Positions 31,553 to 41,622 are shown, numbered from the stretch's first letter. The stretch is DNA of 64,000 nt from Negativicutes bacterium (GCA_963665275.2 CAXXIN010000016.1:224001-288000), one strand, 5' to 3'. Notes: generated by a model from the sequence alone, not told the origin. Numbers and translations are program-made.

Positions 31553-31783
31553 ATGGGCAAGACGTTTGTGAGAGTGACGGCAGAACATGACCCGAGCGGG
31601 AAGACGAAACCTCTGTGGTTGAATTGGACCGACGGAAAGCAGTATGAGATCGACCGGGTAACGGATGTGAGGCAAGCACCATCGTTGAAGGGCGGCGGGT
31701 TGGGGATGCGGTATACGGTGAAGATCCGGGGGAAAGAAGTGTATTTGTTTGAGGACGAGGGACGATGGTTTGTGGAGGGGTGA
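31553..31783 (+). CDS. Small hypothetical protein typically found downstream of clostridial Y-family polymerases
   Basis: G...P....W.DG..YEIDRV.DVR.A.SLK.GG.G.RY..I.G....LF.....WFVE pattern. Confidence 0.75.
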   Translation: MGKTFVRVTAEHDPSGKTKPLWLNWTDGKQYEIDRVTDVRQAPSLKGGGLGMRYTVKIRGKEVYLFEDEGRWFVEG

Positions 31784-31890
31784 CCTGATGAAACTGGCAA
31801 GAGTACTGCAATAAAAAAAATCTGGCAGGTAATTGGAAACCGGAAGACGAAGAAATAGAAGAACATTTTTTTTCGAAAGGGCTAAGGGAT

Positions 31891-32238
31891 TTGAACGAGC
31901 AGAGCAGTCAAAAAGAAACAACTGACAAAGAAATTCAAAGTCAACTACGGGGATTGGTATTGTGGGAACTTGTATTCGATGGTGTCATAAGTTATCGCGA
32001 TACTGTGGAACGAACACATGGGATACAGTTCGAAATACGTTCAAAAGAGCAAGGACACAATGTTCCTCATTGCCATGCTTGTTATGGGAATCAGAACGTC
32101 TCCATATCGCTTCTCGATTTTTCAATATTAGCAGGAAATATTCCGTCGCAGAAGGCAAAATTTGCAGCGCGTTGGGTAAGAGATAACATTGATATCCTAA
32201 AACCATACTGGAACAAATATCACGCATTGGAAGTATAG
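31891..32238 (+). CDS. DUF4160-domain protein (orphan toxin-like)
   Basis: EQGHNVPHCHA.Y, I.L....ILAG.IP, W...N...L...W. Confidence 0.75.
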   Translation: MNEQSSQKETTDKEIQSQLRGLVLWELVFDGVISYRDTVERTHGIQFEIRSKEQGHNVPHCHACYGNQNVSISLLDFSILAGNIPSQKAKFAARWVRDNIDILKPYWNKYHALEV

Positions 32239-32424
32239 ATACGAAGTGTTTTCCTCAAACCAGAACTAAAACTGAAATAAGAGGAGACTGCTTAACCCAA
32301 CTTTTGGAATTAATATTCTGAGTGTGCAGGAGTCTAGCCGTTAAAGCATAATATAAGCTATGAAGTAATATTTTGTGAAGCATTAAAGCTGTTAATGTAA
32401 ATTTATGTAAGATAAGGAGTTTGC

Positions 32425-34591
32425 ATGAGCCAAAAGACACGACTGTTGATTCTAATCCTCTACATGGGTATTTTGTTGGCAGCGAACTCCATTGCATTTC
32501 ACCAGATATTGCCGATCAATGGAGCCAAGGGATTATGGTTTTACTCTGGATTCGCAAGCCTGCTGTTGGGAAACTTGCTTGTAACTCCATATTTCACCAA
32601 ACCTGTAGACGCGATATCATATGCGGTCGTTGCCATGATTGCTCTTTATTCCGTGAATGATTGGGACAAATGGATTTGGGTAGATCAGTTTGTATTCAGT
32701 GCCGTGATGCTATTCTCTCTTGCAGTTGCCGTCATTGGATTTATTACTATACTTACAAAAGACAACGAAACACATAGAGGCCGGGAGTGGTCAAATACTT
32801 TCCGGATTATATCTGATTTTATTGGCAATGAAACGGTTGTTTTTAGCAGCATAATACTTTTTGCGTTGATCGTTTTTCATCGACAATCAGCTTTGGAAAT
32901 GTTTGTTATAACTATGGCTTGGGTAATAACAGTTATAATAAAACCAGACCGACATTTTGGAGAATTGTTTGATCGATTAAAAAAAATATGGCAAGATACA
33001 TTTTCTTCTGACATTATTGGAGATGTTGCGGCATACCAAACCCCAAACATTGCTCTAGTTCGGCAACGCAGCAATAATTCAGTGCAGTTTGGAGAAGCGG
33101 TAATTTTTCGCGATCCACATGCACCAACAAAGGTCGGAGTAGCACTAGACTATGTTGGACGTGATGAATCGTTATTGCTACGCACTATGGTATTCGACGT
33201 TCCCGATTCCTGTAGCGAAACGGTTTCGGTTGCATGCAAATTAATCCCGGAAAATACCATGGGACGTTGTGCTCAACTGCTTTCAAATTCTACAGTTAGA
33301 GAATCGATACCAATCTTTAACCAATTACAGGATTTTGTTGGAATTGTTACAACGGAAACGTCGATTGATACCCTTTATTTTGAAGTAGTAAAAGAGGCAA
33401 ATCTCGAAGAGGGTAAGTTAGTTCAAGTTTCTATTAAGGGGAGAACCGGTACTCTATCAGGTTATTGAAGGGTTTACCAAAGAAGAGGTCGTTTTCCAGA
33501 AAAACACATTTGGTTTTGCTCGTGCCAAAGCGCAAAAAATCGGTGCATGGGATGAACGCGAAAAGAAATTCAATCCAGCTAAATGGATTCCAAGTATTAA
33601 TGCGCCGGTTTTTTTGAGAAGCATGGAAACGCGTGAAATCGATATTGCAGCAATAGGACATTTCCCTGGATCAAGTTACAATGTCCGAATCAAGAGTGTT
33701 AGCCATTTGGTTACGCACAACACCGCAATTTTAGGAATTTTAGGCGTCGGAAAATCTATGTTATCCATCGAGCTGGTGGAAAGAATGATTGCCGAGGATG
33801 TTAAGGTAATTTGTTTAGATCTAACCAATCAATATGCACAAGAACTAGTTGATTTCTATGACGCAACAGGTGAAGAAGAGAAGGAAAGAAACCTTGACAC
33901 CATAGGAATGGCAGGGGAGCGTGCAGTTAATCAAAACGTAGAAAACGGAGGTAGCATAAAACAATTTGCTGCTGCAATCGAATTAGATCTTAGGGAATTT
34001 ATCCTGGAATCTCCCAACACGTTGAAAATATATAATCCTGCTAGGTTCACTGTGTGGCGTCAAAGTGGCGGACTTTACCAAGGAAATGCGGCTATGGCGA
34101 GCCTGACTCCCACAGAAATCACCAAGATAGTATCTGAAGCGGCTTTGAAAATTGCTCAAGACTTGGGAATGACAGATAGAGCACGGATATGCTTAGTGTA
34201 TGAAGAGGCACATTCTTTAGTGCCCGAATGGAATTCTGTTGCAGCCGATGGTGATCGTGCAGCTACGAATGGTACTGCCAGAGCCATATTGCAAGGACGC
34301 AAATATGGGCTTGGTTGTTTATTAATAACACAACGAACTGCTAACGTAACGAAAACAATTTTAAATCAATGCAATACGATATTTGCTATGCGTACCTTTG
34401 ATGAAACTGGGAAGGATTTTTTGGCTAATTATATTGGGAACAATTACTCCAGCGTTTTGTCTTCTTTACAAGAGCGACACGCTGTGTTTTTTGGAAAAGC
34501 ATCAAGTTGTGATAATCCAGTTCTTATAAGGCTCAATGACAGAGGCGATTTTATAAGAGTTTTTCGGAAATCCAAGTCTCCTAACTATTAA
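32425..34591 (+). CDS. Membrane-anchored HerA-like (DUF87) ATPase, about 720 aa (extra G near 33440)
   Basis: About six N-terminal TM helices, HAS-barrel-like segment (LEEG.LV...VLYQV), Walker A GILGVGKS, Walker B VYEEAH, GRKYG and TQR motifs. Confidence 0.85.
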
Positions 34592-34740
34592 CATAATTGA
34601 ATAACCAGATTAAGAATATTGGTTGGATAATTTGAAAGTGAAGACGTTTGGAGTGCAAAGGGAACATAATTTACTATGAGCACTCTTGATTGTTCAAGAT
34701 TATCAAATAAATCTCTTAAATCATTTTAAGGATGTGAACT

Positions 34741-35817
34741 ATGGATAAGCAATCATCCATAATCGGGCTCTCAATTGTTTTGAACCGTGGTTTGAAAACA
34801 GAGCAAGAAACTGCATGTTTTGAAAATGTAACTCATGATATTTTGGTTGAAGGAATAAAGGAATATCTTTTACTTCATGCTAATTTGTTAGGAGACATGC
34901 ATATCGAAACATCTCAGGCATTGAATGATCATGGCGTGGATTTGATCTTAACGTCAAATCAAGTATGTAAAATTGGCATTCAAGTAAAAAGTCACTTTGA
35001 CGTTTCTGAAAAAGATTTTGCTACAAAAGTTAAACGTCAATATGCAGAATCTTTGGCACATGGTTTGGATAAATGGTATTTATTGATCTGTGCTCCTATG
35101 AAATCTGGGAAAAATGATTTTTCCGGAAAAATTAATCATCTTATAAATGAATTGAGCATGTTTAAAACCAAATATCACTGCGTTTTTGGCCCCCAATATA
35201 CTGCTGAAATTTACAAGAATTTTCAACCTATGAGCATAGATGAATTTAATTATTCATTACAAAAATACTCTTATGCGCAAACTGATATTGAAGCAATAAA
35301 AGAACTTATAAAAAATAATTTAAATTCAAGCCCAAAGGAGAATAGGGATAATTTTTCTTATAACGTAGATCCCTACAAGGCCATTGCACCTCAAAGTTGT
35401 AATGGAATTAATAAGGTTTTAGATTGGGGAAATTCAGAAGAAGAACTTAAGTGTGCAAAAAAGGATTTTATTGTATTATTAAATGTTTTGCAAAAAATTC
35501 CATTAAATACAAGGAAGTTCCTATCAATGGCGATAGAAAAGGCTGTTTTAAAGGGTGATAATCTGCATGCTTTAATATTTGAAATTCGTAATTCATGCAA
35601 TATTAGCGAAAAAGAATTTAGCGATCATGCGAAGTTACTTGAAAAATATCGGCTTATGGAACTAGATGGTGATGATTATGACTACATATTCATAAACAAT
35701 GGATCAATTAGGTGGCCCATTATGAAGGATTTAATAGTTTTTGCGGAAAGACAACATATTCCGATTGATCAAATAATTGTATGTTTAAATTTTGGTTTTC
35801 TAGACAAAATACAATAG
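34741..35817 (+). CDS. PD-(D/E)XK restriction-endonuclease-like protein with C-terminal helical/wHTH domain
   Basis: DHGVDLIL...IGIQVKS Mrr-type active site; the C-terminus (...IIVCLNFGFLD) resembles that of SMEK-domain proteins. Confidence 0.7.
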   Translation: MDKQSSIIGLSIVLNRGLKTEQETACFENVTHDILVEGIKEYLLLHANLLGDMHIETSQALNDHGVDLILTSNQVCKIGIQVKSHFDVSEKDFATKVKRQYAESLAHGLDKWYLLICAPMKSGKNDFSGKINHLINELSMFKTKYHCVFGPQYTAEIYKNFQPMSIDEFNYSLQKYSYAQTDIEAIKELIKNNLNSSPKENRDNFSYNVDPYKAIAPQSCNGINKVLDWGNSEEELKCAKKDFIVLLNVLQKIPLNTRKFLSMAIEKAVLKGDNLHALIFEIRNSCNISEKEFSDHAKLLEKYRLMELDGDDYDYIFINNGSIRWPIMKDLIVFAERQHIPIDQIIVCLNFGFLDKIQ

Positions 35818-35978
35818 CCCCAGTGGGGTCGCATCATGTTATCAAACTTCTCAGTGTCCATTCGACTGTCAATGCTAGTCAACTTCATAGAAGGTTGCCG
35901 AAAAGCCCCAAAATTAAGCTTATAATCTGTTTGCGGTCTATGAATCCGATGATTTGAAAATGAGCAATTTTTGAACTG

Positions 35979-35997
35979 TCTGGGTGTTTATCTGGGT
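35979..35997 (+). repeat. Arm-type repeat pair TCTGGGT (12-bp period)
   Basis: TCTGGGT at 35979 and 35991, next to the tRNA 3' end. Confidence 0.55.
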
Positions 35998-36005
35998 ATA
36001 GACAG

Positions 36006-36040
36006 AAAAAAGGCTTCCGACGAAATCGTCGGAAGCCTTG
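36006..36040 (-). terminator. tRNA-Val terminator (inside the island end)
   Basis: Minus strand AAGGCTTCCGACG-loop-CGTCGGAAGCCTTTTTT. Confidence 0.85.
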
Positions 36041-36048
36041 ATTTACCT

Positions 36049-36123
36049 TGGTGGGGCATACTGGTTTCGAACCAGTGACCTCTTGAATGTGAGTCAAGCG
36101 CTCTCCCCCTGAGCTAATGCCCC
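36049..36123 (-). tRNA. tRNA-Val (anticodon CAC)
   Basis: GGGGCATTAGCTCAG...CTTGA-CTCACAT-TCAAG...GGTTCGAAACC...GCCCCACCA; promoter TTGAAT-17-TATAAT at 36142-36170. Confidence 0.97.
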
Positions 36124-36213
36124 AAGCTCTAGTGCTCTTACATTATACCTGCACTGGAAGCAGAATTCAACCTGTAGCGCAAGAACTGTAAAAACTAATA
36201 TTTTGGGGATGAA

Positions 36214-36666
36214 TTAGTCGTTGCCTAAAAACGCCACAGGCTGAGCTAATTTTTGCAATAGGGTAGGCGCCAGCTTCAACGTTCGATACCGCTGGCCGGA
36301 GCCGCCATAGACGAAAGGGTGCTGCAAGAGCCTTTTATCAAAGATTCCGGGGAGGGCCAGCCCAACCATCGGGATGTCTCCGGGCGCAAATCCTGTAATG
36401 CTTTGAACCTTATCTTTATCCACCAATTTTACCTTTGACACGCCCAAAATAGTTGCCAGCGCTACCCAGTCTATGCGTTGACGGTCGCCTGAAAAGACAA
36501 GTGAAAAATAATTGTTATCGGCGTTAATAATCAAAGTGGGGGCTGTTTGTCCCGCTTCGATTCCCAAACATCTGACTCCATCCGCTACTGAAATGATCTG
36601 CTGGTCATGATAGATGAATTCATATTCGGTCGTTGAACGATCTAGGAAGCTTTTAATCGCGTCCAT
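36214..36666 (-). CDS. YbaK/EbsC family aminoacyl-tRNA deacylase
   Basis: TGF.PG.IP..G, D..L....VYGGSG. Confidence 0.85.
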   Translation of the reverse strand: MDAIKSFLDRSTTEYEFIYHDQQIISVADGVRCLGIEAGQTAPTLIINADNNYFSLVFSGDRQRIDWVALATILGVSKVKLVDKDKVQSITGFAPGDIPMVGLALPGIFDKRLLQHPFVYGGSGQRYRTLKLAPTLLQKLAQPVAFLGND

Positions 36667-36667
36667 G

Positions 36668-38275
36668 CTACCAGGCCGCCACAGCGCCGTCGGTGCGGGG
36701 CTCGGTACCTCCTGCGAGTACTCCGTTCTTATCACGCCAAATGATCTGACCCCGTCCCATGGACAAATTGCCAACGGAGCGCTGAATGTTGTGTCCTTTG
36801 CGTTCCAAGGCTTCTGCGATGAATTCGGGGAACAGGTGCTCCACCTCGACGGTTTTGTCTTTTGTCCACTGCCAGCGGGGCGCATCGAGGGAGGCTTGCG
36901 GGTTGAGGGCGAAGTCCACGGTGTTCATGACCATCTGCAGATGCCCCTGCGGTTGGACGAAGGCGCCCATGACGCCGAAAGGCCCGACGGCTTGGCCGTC
37001 CTTCGACAGGAATCCGGGAATGATCGTGTGATAGGGCTTCTTGCCGGGAGCGAGCACGTTGGCATGGGCCGGGTCCAGTGAAAAATTGCAGCCACGATTG
37101 TGCAGGGCAATGCCGGTGCCGGGAACGACGAGACCGGAGCCGAAGCCCATATAGTTGCTCTGAATGTAGGAAACCATATTTCCTTCACCATCAGCCGTTG
37201 CCAGGTAGACCGTGCCGCCTTTGGACGGCGAACCGGCGATCGGTGAGAGCGCCTGAGCGCCGATGAGTTTGCGGCGTTCGGCGGCGTAAGCGTCGGAGAG
37301 CAGGTCTTCCACGCTGGCCTTCATCTGCCGCGCATCAGTGATATATTTCATGCCGTCGGCAAACGCCAGCTTGATGGCTTCGATTTGCCTGTGGTAGGTT
37401 TCGACGCTTTCCTTGGTTTCGAACTCCATCCCCTTCAGGATGTTCAGGGCGAGGAGTGTGACCAGGCCATGACCGTTGGGCGGGATCTCCCAGACATCAT
37501 AGCCGCGATAATTCACCCGGATCGGCTCGACCCATTCGGGCTTGTAGGCTGCCAGGTCTGAGGCGCGGAGCCAGCCGCCATGCTCTTTAGCAAATGCGTC
37601 GATTTTTTCTGCGAGGTCGCCTTGGTAAAAATCTTGAGCGTTGCTGGCTGCGATCATTCGCAAGGTTGAAGCGTGGTTAGGAGAGCGCCACAATTCTCCG
37701 GCAACAGGCGCATGCCCATCGGGTGCAAAAGTATCGAACCAATGATGAAATTCCGGGCCGGTGGCGGCGCTGAAACGTTTGAACCCCAGCTGCCATTGTC
37801 TGCTGATGACCGGCGATACCGGATAACCGGTCTCGGCGTATTCGATGGCCGGGGCCAGAACCTCCGCGAGGGTCAGCTTGCCGAAGCGGGATACGAGTTC
37901 AGCCCAAGCGGCTGGAGTGCCGGGAACGGTGACAGGCAGCCAGCCGTTGGTTGGCAGTTGTTCTTTGCATCCGTGGCTGAGAGCGGTATCGAGCGTGAGA
38001 GCCATTGGGGCCGGGCCACTGGAATTCAGGCCGTAGAGGCGGTCTTTCATCCAGACGAGAGCGAACGCATCGCCGCCAATCCCGTTAGAAGTGGGCTCGA
38101 CGACGGTGAGGCAGGCGGCGGTGGCTACAGCTGCATCGACGGCGTTGCCTCCCTGTCGCAGGATGGATAGGCCCGCTTGTGCGGCTAGAGACTGCGACGT
38201 CGCAACCATGCCGTTTTTTGCATAGACCGTGCTGCGGCGCGACGGGTAAGGGTTGTATAAAGCATCATAATTCAT
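36668..38275 (-). CDS. ggt: Gamma-glutamyltransferase family protein (cytoplasmic, YwrD-like)
   Basis: GGNAVDAA, VEPTSNGIGGD, catalytic GTVY, KPYHTIIP, EPRTDG. Confidence 0.95.
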   Translation of the reverse strand: MNYDALYNPYPSRRSTVYAKNGMVATSQSLAAQAGLSILRQGGNAVDAAVATAACLTVVEPTSNGIGGDAFALVWMKDRLYGLNSSGPAPMALTLDTALSHGCKEQLPTNGWLPVTVPGTPAAWAELVSRFGKLTLAEVLAPAIEYAETGYPVSPVISRQWQLGFKRFSAATGPEFHHWFDTFAPDGHAPVAGELWRSPNHASTLRMIAASNAQDFYQGDLAEKIDAFAKEHGGWLRASDLAAYKPEWVEPIRVNYRGYDVWEIPPNGHGLVTLLALNILKGMEFETKESVETYHRQIEAIKLAFADGMKYITDARQMKASVEDLLSDAYAAERRKLIGAQALSPIAGSPSKGGTVYLATADGEGNMVSYIQSNYMGFGSGLVVPGTGIALHNRGCNFSLDPAHANVLAPGKKPYHTIIPGFLSKDGQAVGPFGVMGAFVQPQGHLQMVMNTVDFALNPQASLDAPRWQWTKDKTVEVEHLFPEFIAEALERKGHNIQRSVGNLSMGRGQIIWRDKNGVLAGGTEPRTDGAVAAW

Positions 38276-38415
38276 GGGGAACCCCTCCTTGCTTTTCACT
38301 CAATACAGTAACATTAGAAGGGGCTTTTTTCAATATGACTTGATTTATTGCACCTCAATGTGTAATCTTGATATATCGTAGCATCGGAGCAAACAAAGGA
38401 GTTGTAGTTGTTACC

Positions 38416-38772
38416 ATGAAAGAAACTTGGAAGTATGTCGGGGTAGGACTCGGCATCGGAGTGCTCAGCGGGTTGCTCGGGGTTGGCGGCGGGATCTTTT
38501 TGGTTCCCATCCTGACCTCTTATTTTGCGGTTGACCAGCATCTGGCGCATGGAACGTCGCTGGCCGTCGTTGTTCCCACAGCCATCATGGGAGCGACTGT
38601 TTATAGCTATCATGGGACGATGGATGTGCCGCTGGCGGCGCAATTGGCGGTCGGGGGCGTGATCGGGGCAGCAATCGGCGCCCGGGTGATGAAGAAAATT
38701 CCGGCGGCGCAGCTCAAGCGGATGTTCGGGGTCATGCTGATCCTGGTGGGCATAAGGATGGTGCTGGCATGA
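38416..38772 (+). CDS. TauE/SafE sulfite exporter, half-size subunit 1
   Basis: SGLLGVGGG..VP, A.GTSL. Confidence 0.85.
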   Translation: MKETWKYVGVGLGIGVLSGLLGVGGGIFLVPILTSYFAVDQHLAHGTSLAVVVPTAIMGATVYSYHGTMDVPLAAQLAVGGVIGAAIGARVMKKIPAAQLKRMFGVMLILVGIRMVLA

Positions 38773-39134
38773 ACGAGATGCTGATGATTCTGGCAATGGG
38801 TCTTTCCACGGGGGTTCTTAGCGGGGTGCTGGGCGTGGGCGGCGGAGTTGTCCTGGTTCCCATGATGGTGTTTTTGCTGGGAACCGAGCAGCATCTGGCC
38901 CAGGGGGTTTCGATGTTGTTCATCATTCCGACTGCATTATCCGGTCTCTATCATTTGGTCAAATGCAAACTGGTGGATTTCCGAGTGGCAATATTTATCG
39001 CCGCCGGAGCGCTGGTCGGCACTTTGATCAGCGCCAATTTTGTCCAATACATTGCAGCTGCCGATCTGAAAAAAATGTTCGGCGCTTTCGTCATTTATTC
39101 GGGTATTCGGATGGTTATGCCCAAGAAAAAATAG
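38769..39134 (+). CDS. TauE/SafE sulfite exporter, half-size subunit 2
   Basis: SGVLGVGGG..VP, AQGVS; ATGA overlap with the upstream gene. Confidence 0.85.
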   Translation: MNEMLMILAMGLSTGVLSGVLGVGGGVVLVPMMVFLLGTEQHLAQGVSMLFIIPTALSGLYHLVKCKLVDFRVAIFIAAGALVGTLISANFVQYIAAADLKKMFGAFVIYSGIRMVMPKKK

Positions 39135-39156
39135 CAGGATCGGAAGGAGAAAATGA

Positions 39157-41541
39157 ATGAAAAAAATACAACTGGCTGACGGCGCCATGGGGACGATGCT
39201 CCAGAGAATGGGGCTCGCACCTGGTGAATCGCCGGACTCTTGGGCTATACGAAATCCTGAAGCTATTTTGGCGGTGCACCGCGCTTATGTGGAGGCCGGC
39301 GCGGAGATGCTGACTTCCTGCACCTTTGGCGCTAATCGCATCAAACTTTCACATTACGGACTGGAAAAAGAAGTATTTGCGCTGAATGCCGCAGCGGTCA
39401 AAATCGCGCGGCAGGCAGGCGGTGATAAGGCGCGTGTAGGCGGGAATCTGGGACCAACAGGCAAACTAATTCGGCCTCTGGGCGAACTGTCATTTGATGC
39501 TGTTTTCGATGTTTATGCCGAGCAGGTAACGGCGCTGACGGAAGCCGGAGTGGACTATTTTATCATTCAGACGATGATCGACATTCAGGAAATGCGGGCG
39601 GCGCTCCTAGCGGCGAAGCAATACGGACGGGCGCCGGTCATTTGTCAGATGACGTTCGAAGCGTCGGGGCGGACGGTAACCGGAACCGACCCGGCGACGG
39701 CGGCAGTTACGCTGGAGGCGCTGGGTGCAGATATGATCGGCGCGAATTGTTCCCTGGGGCCTGATCAACTGCTGCCTGTTATCGAGAAGATGGTGGCGGC
39801 CACGTCGCTGCCTGTGACGTTGCGCCCCAATGCCGGGATGCCTGTGTTGCAGGAAGGTCGGACGATCTTCCCGCTCAGTCCTGAGCAGTTCGCAGCCTGG
39901 GCGCCGCGGATCGTGGATGCGGGCGTGACGGCGATCGGTGGTTGCTGCGGCACGACGCCGGCTCATATTGCAGCGGTGCGGGATGCCTTGCGGGGACTGA
40001 AGCCCATAGATGTTGCTTCGTCGTTGCGAGATGCGCACTGCCTGACCAGTCGTTCCAGCACTGTATATTTCGGCGCCGGATTCCCCATACGGATCATCGG
40101 CGAGAGAATCAATCCTACCGGACGCAAGGCGATGGCAGCCGAACTGCGCGAAGGGAACCTGACGACCGTCAAACGGGACGCGTTGGCGCAGCAGGAAGCA
40201 GGAGCCTCGATTCTGGATGTTAACGCCGGAGTGCCGGGGATCGATCAACCAGCGCTGATGGTGCGGTTAGTGGAGGAACTCTCCCAACTGGTGACGCTGC
40301 CGCTGTCGATCGACACGACCGATCCGGATACGTTGGAAGCAGGATTGCGGATTTATCCCGGCCGTGCGCTGGTCAATTCGGTGTCAGCGGAACCGGAGCG
40401 TCTGGAAAGATTCCTGCCGATTGCCAAAAAATATGGCGCGGCTGTATTGTGCCTGCCGCTGGCGCCTGGCGGTTTGCCGGCGAATGCGCGGGAGCGGGTG
40501 GATACGGTCCGCCGGATCATTGATGCAGCCATGGCGATGGGGTTCCGTCGCAAGGATCTGCTGCTCGATGCTCTCACCACGACTTTGGCGGCCAATCCGG
40601 TCGCTGCATTGGATGTGTTGGAGACTCTTCGCCTTTACGGGGCGGAGCTGGGATTGCCTGTTTCGATGGGCCTCAGCAATGTTTCGCATGGCTTGCCGCG
40701 ACGCGACCTGATGAATTCGCAGTTTTTCGCCATGGCGGCGGCGCAGGGCATGAGCATACCGATTCTCAACCCGCTCGATCCGATGATGAATGATGCGATC
40801 AGCGCCGTGCAGGCACTGCTCGGCAACGACCGGCAGGGACTGGCATACAGCAAACGATTTGCGGCGCAAGGACCGCAGGTATCGGCGCAGGCCAGCACTG
40901 CAACAGTCGCAGCGTCCCCGGTCGACCAATTGCGGCAGGCGGTACTGCAGGGCGAAAAAGAAGCCGTCAAAGGATTCGTCATGGCGGCGATTGCCGAAGG
41001 GCGTGATGCGGCCTATATCATCGACAACGGCCTGACGGCTGCGATGAACCGCCTGGGTGAGGATTTCGGCACTGGCCGCTGCTTCCTGCCGCAGGTGTTG
41101 CTGGCGGCAGAGGCGTTGAAACAAGGATTCCAAGTGCTCCGCGCTGCGCTGCCGGCAGAGAAAACCGAATCTCTGGGCAAAGTCATGCTGGCGACGGTGG
41201 CGGGAGATATTCATGATCTGGGGAAAAACATCGTTGCAGCGCTGCTGGAAAACAACGGTTTCGAGATCATCGACCTCGGCAAGGATGTGCCGGTGGAAAG
41301 AATCGTGGCGGCGGCGCGTGAGCACCAGCCTGATGTTGTTGGTCTGTGCGCCCTGATGACGACGACTTTGCCGCAGATCGACCGCAGCATTGCCGCATTG
41401 AAGGCGGCGGGGATTGCTGTCCGGACGATGGTGGGCGGCGCTGTGTTGACGGCGGAATATGCCAAGAAAGCCGGCGCGGATGTATATGCACCGGATGCGG
41501 TGGTGGCTGTAGCTTTAGCAAAGGGACTCGTGAACCGTTAA
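39157..41541 (+). CDS. metH: Cobalamin-dependent methionine synthase (Hcy, pterin and B12 domains; no reactivation domain)
   Basis: DGAMGT, GGCCGT, IGERINPTG, DIHDLGKN B12 motif. Confidence 0.92.
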   Translation: MKKIQLADGAMGTMLQRMGLAPGESPDSWAIRNPEAILAVHRAYVEAGAEMLTSCTFGANRIKLSHYGLEKEVFALNAAAVKIARQAGGDKARVGGNLGPTGKLIRPLGELSFDAVFDVYAEQVTALTEAGVDYFIIQTMIDIQEMRAALLAAKQYGRAPVICQMTFEASGRTVTGTDPATAAVTLEALGADMIGANCSLGPDQLLPVIEKMVAATSLPVTLRPNAGMPVLQEGRTIFPLSPEQFAAWAPRIVDAGVTAIGGCCGTTPAHIAAVRDALRGLKPIDVASSLRDAHCLTSRSSTVYFGAGFPIRIIGERINPTGRKAMAAELREGNLTTVKRDALAQQEAGASILDVNAGVPGIDQPALMVRLVEELSQLVTLPLSIDTTDPDTLEAGLRIYPGRALVNSVSAEPERLERFLPIAKKYGAAVLCLPLAPGGLPANARERVDTVRRIIDAAMAMGFRRKDLLLDALTTTLAANPVAALDVLETLRLYGAELGLPVSMGLSNVSHGLPRRDLMNSQFFAMAAAQGMSIPILNPLDPMMNDAISAVQALLGNDRQGLAYSKRFAAQGPQVSAQASTATVAASPVDQLRQAVLQGEKEAVKGFVMAAIAEGRDAAYIIDNGLTAAMNRLGEDFGTGRCFLPQVLLAAEALKQGFQVLRAALPAEKTESLGKVMLATVAGDIHDLGKNIVAALLENNGFEIIDLGKDVPVERIVAAAREHQPDVVGLCALMTTTLPQIDRSIAALKAAGIAVRTMVGGAVLTAEYAKKAGADVYAPDAVVAVALAKGLVNR

Positions 41542-41576
41542 CAAATTAATCTGACCCAAGAACTTTTCAAAACAGG

Positions 41577-41622
41577 AAGAGGCTGCAACATTCCGCAAAA
41601 GTCAGAGTGTTGTAGCCTCTTT
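41577..41622 (+). terminator. Terminator after metH
   Basis: AAGAGGCTGCAACA...TGTTGTAGCCTCTTT. Confidence 0.7.

Larger units (their letters stand above)
21547..36090. mobile_element. About 14.5-kb genomic island integrated at tRNA-Val(CAC); no integrase inside
   Basis: Flanked by the tRNA 3'-end direct repeat; cargo visibly AT-richer than the flanks; arm-type repeats at both ends. Confidence 0.88.

Noticed and set aside
35866-35890. TGTCAATG... resembling an IS21-type terminal repeat
   Set aside because: No partner repeat and no transposase in the window.
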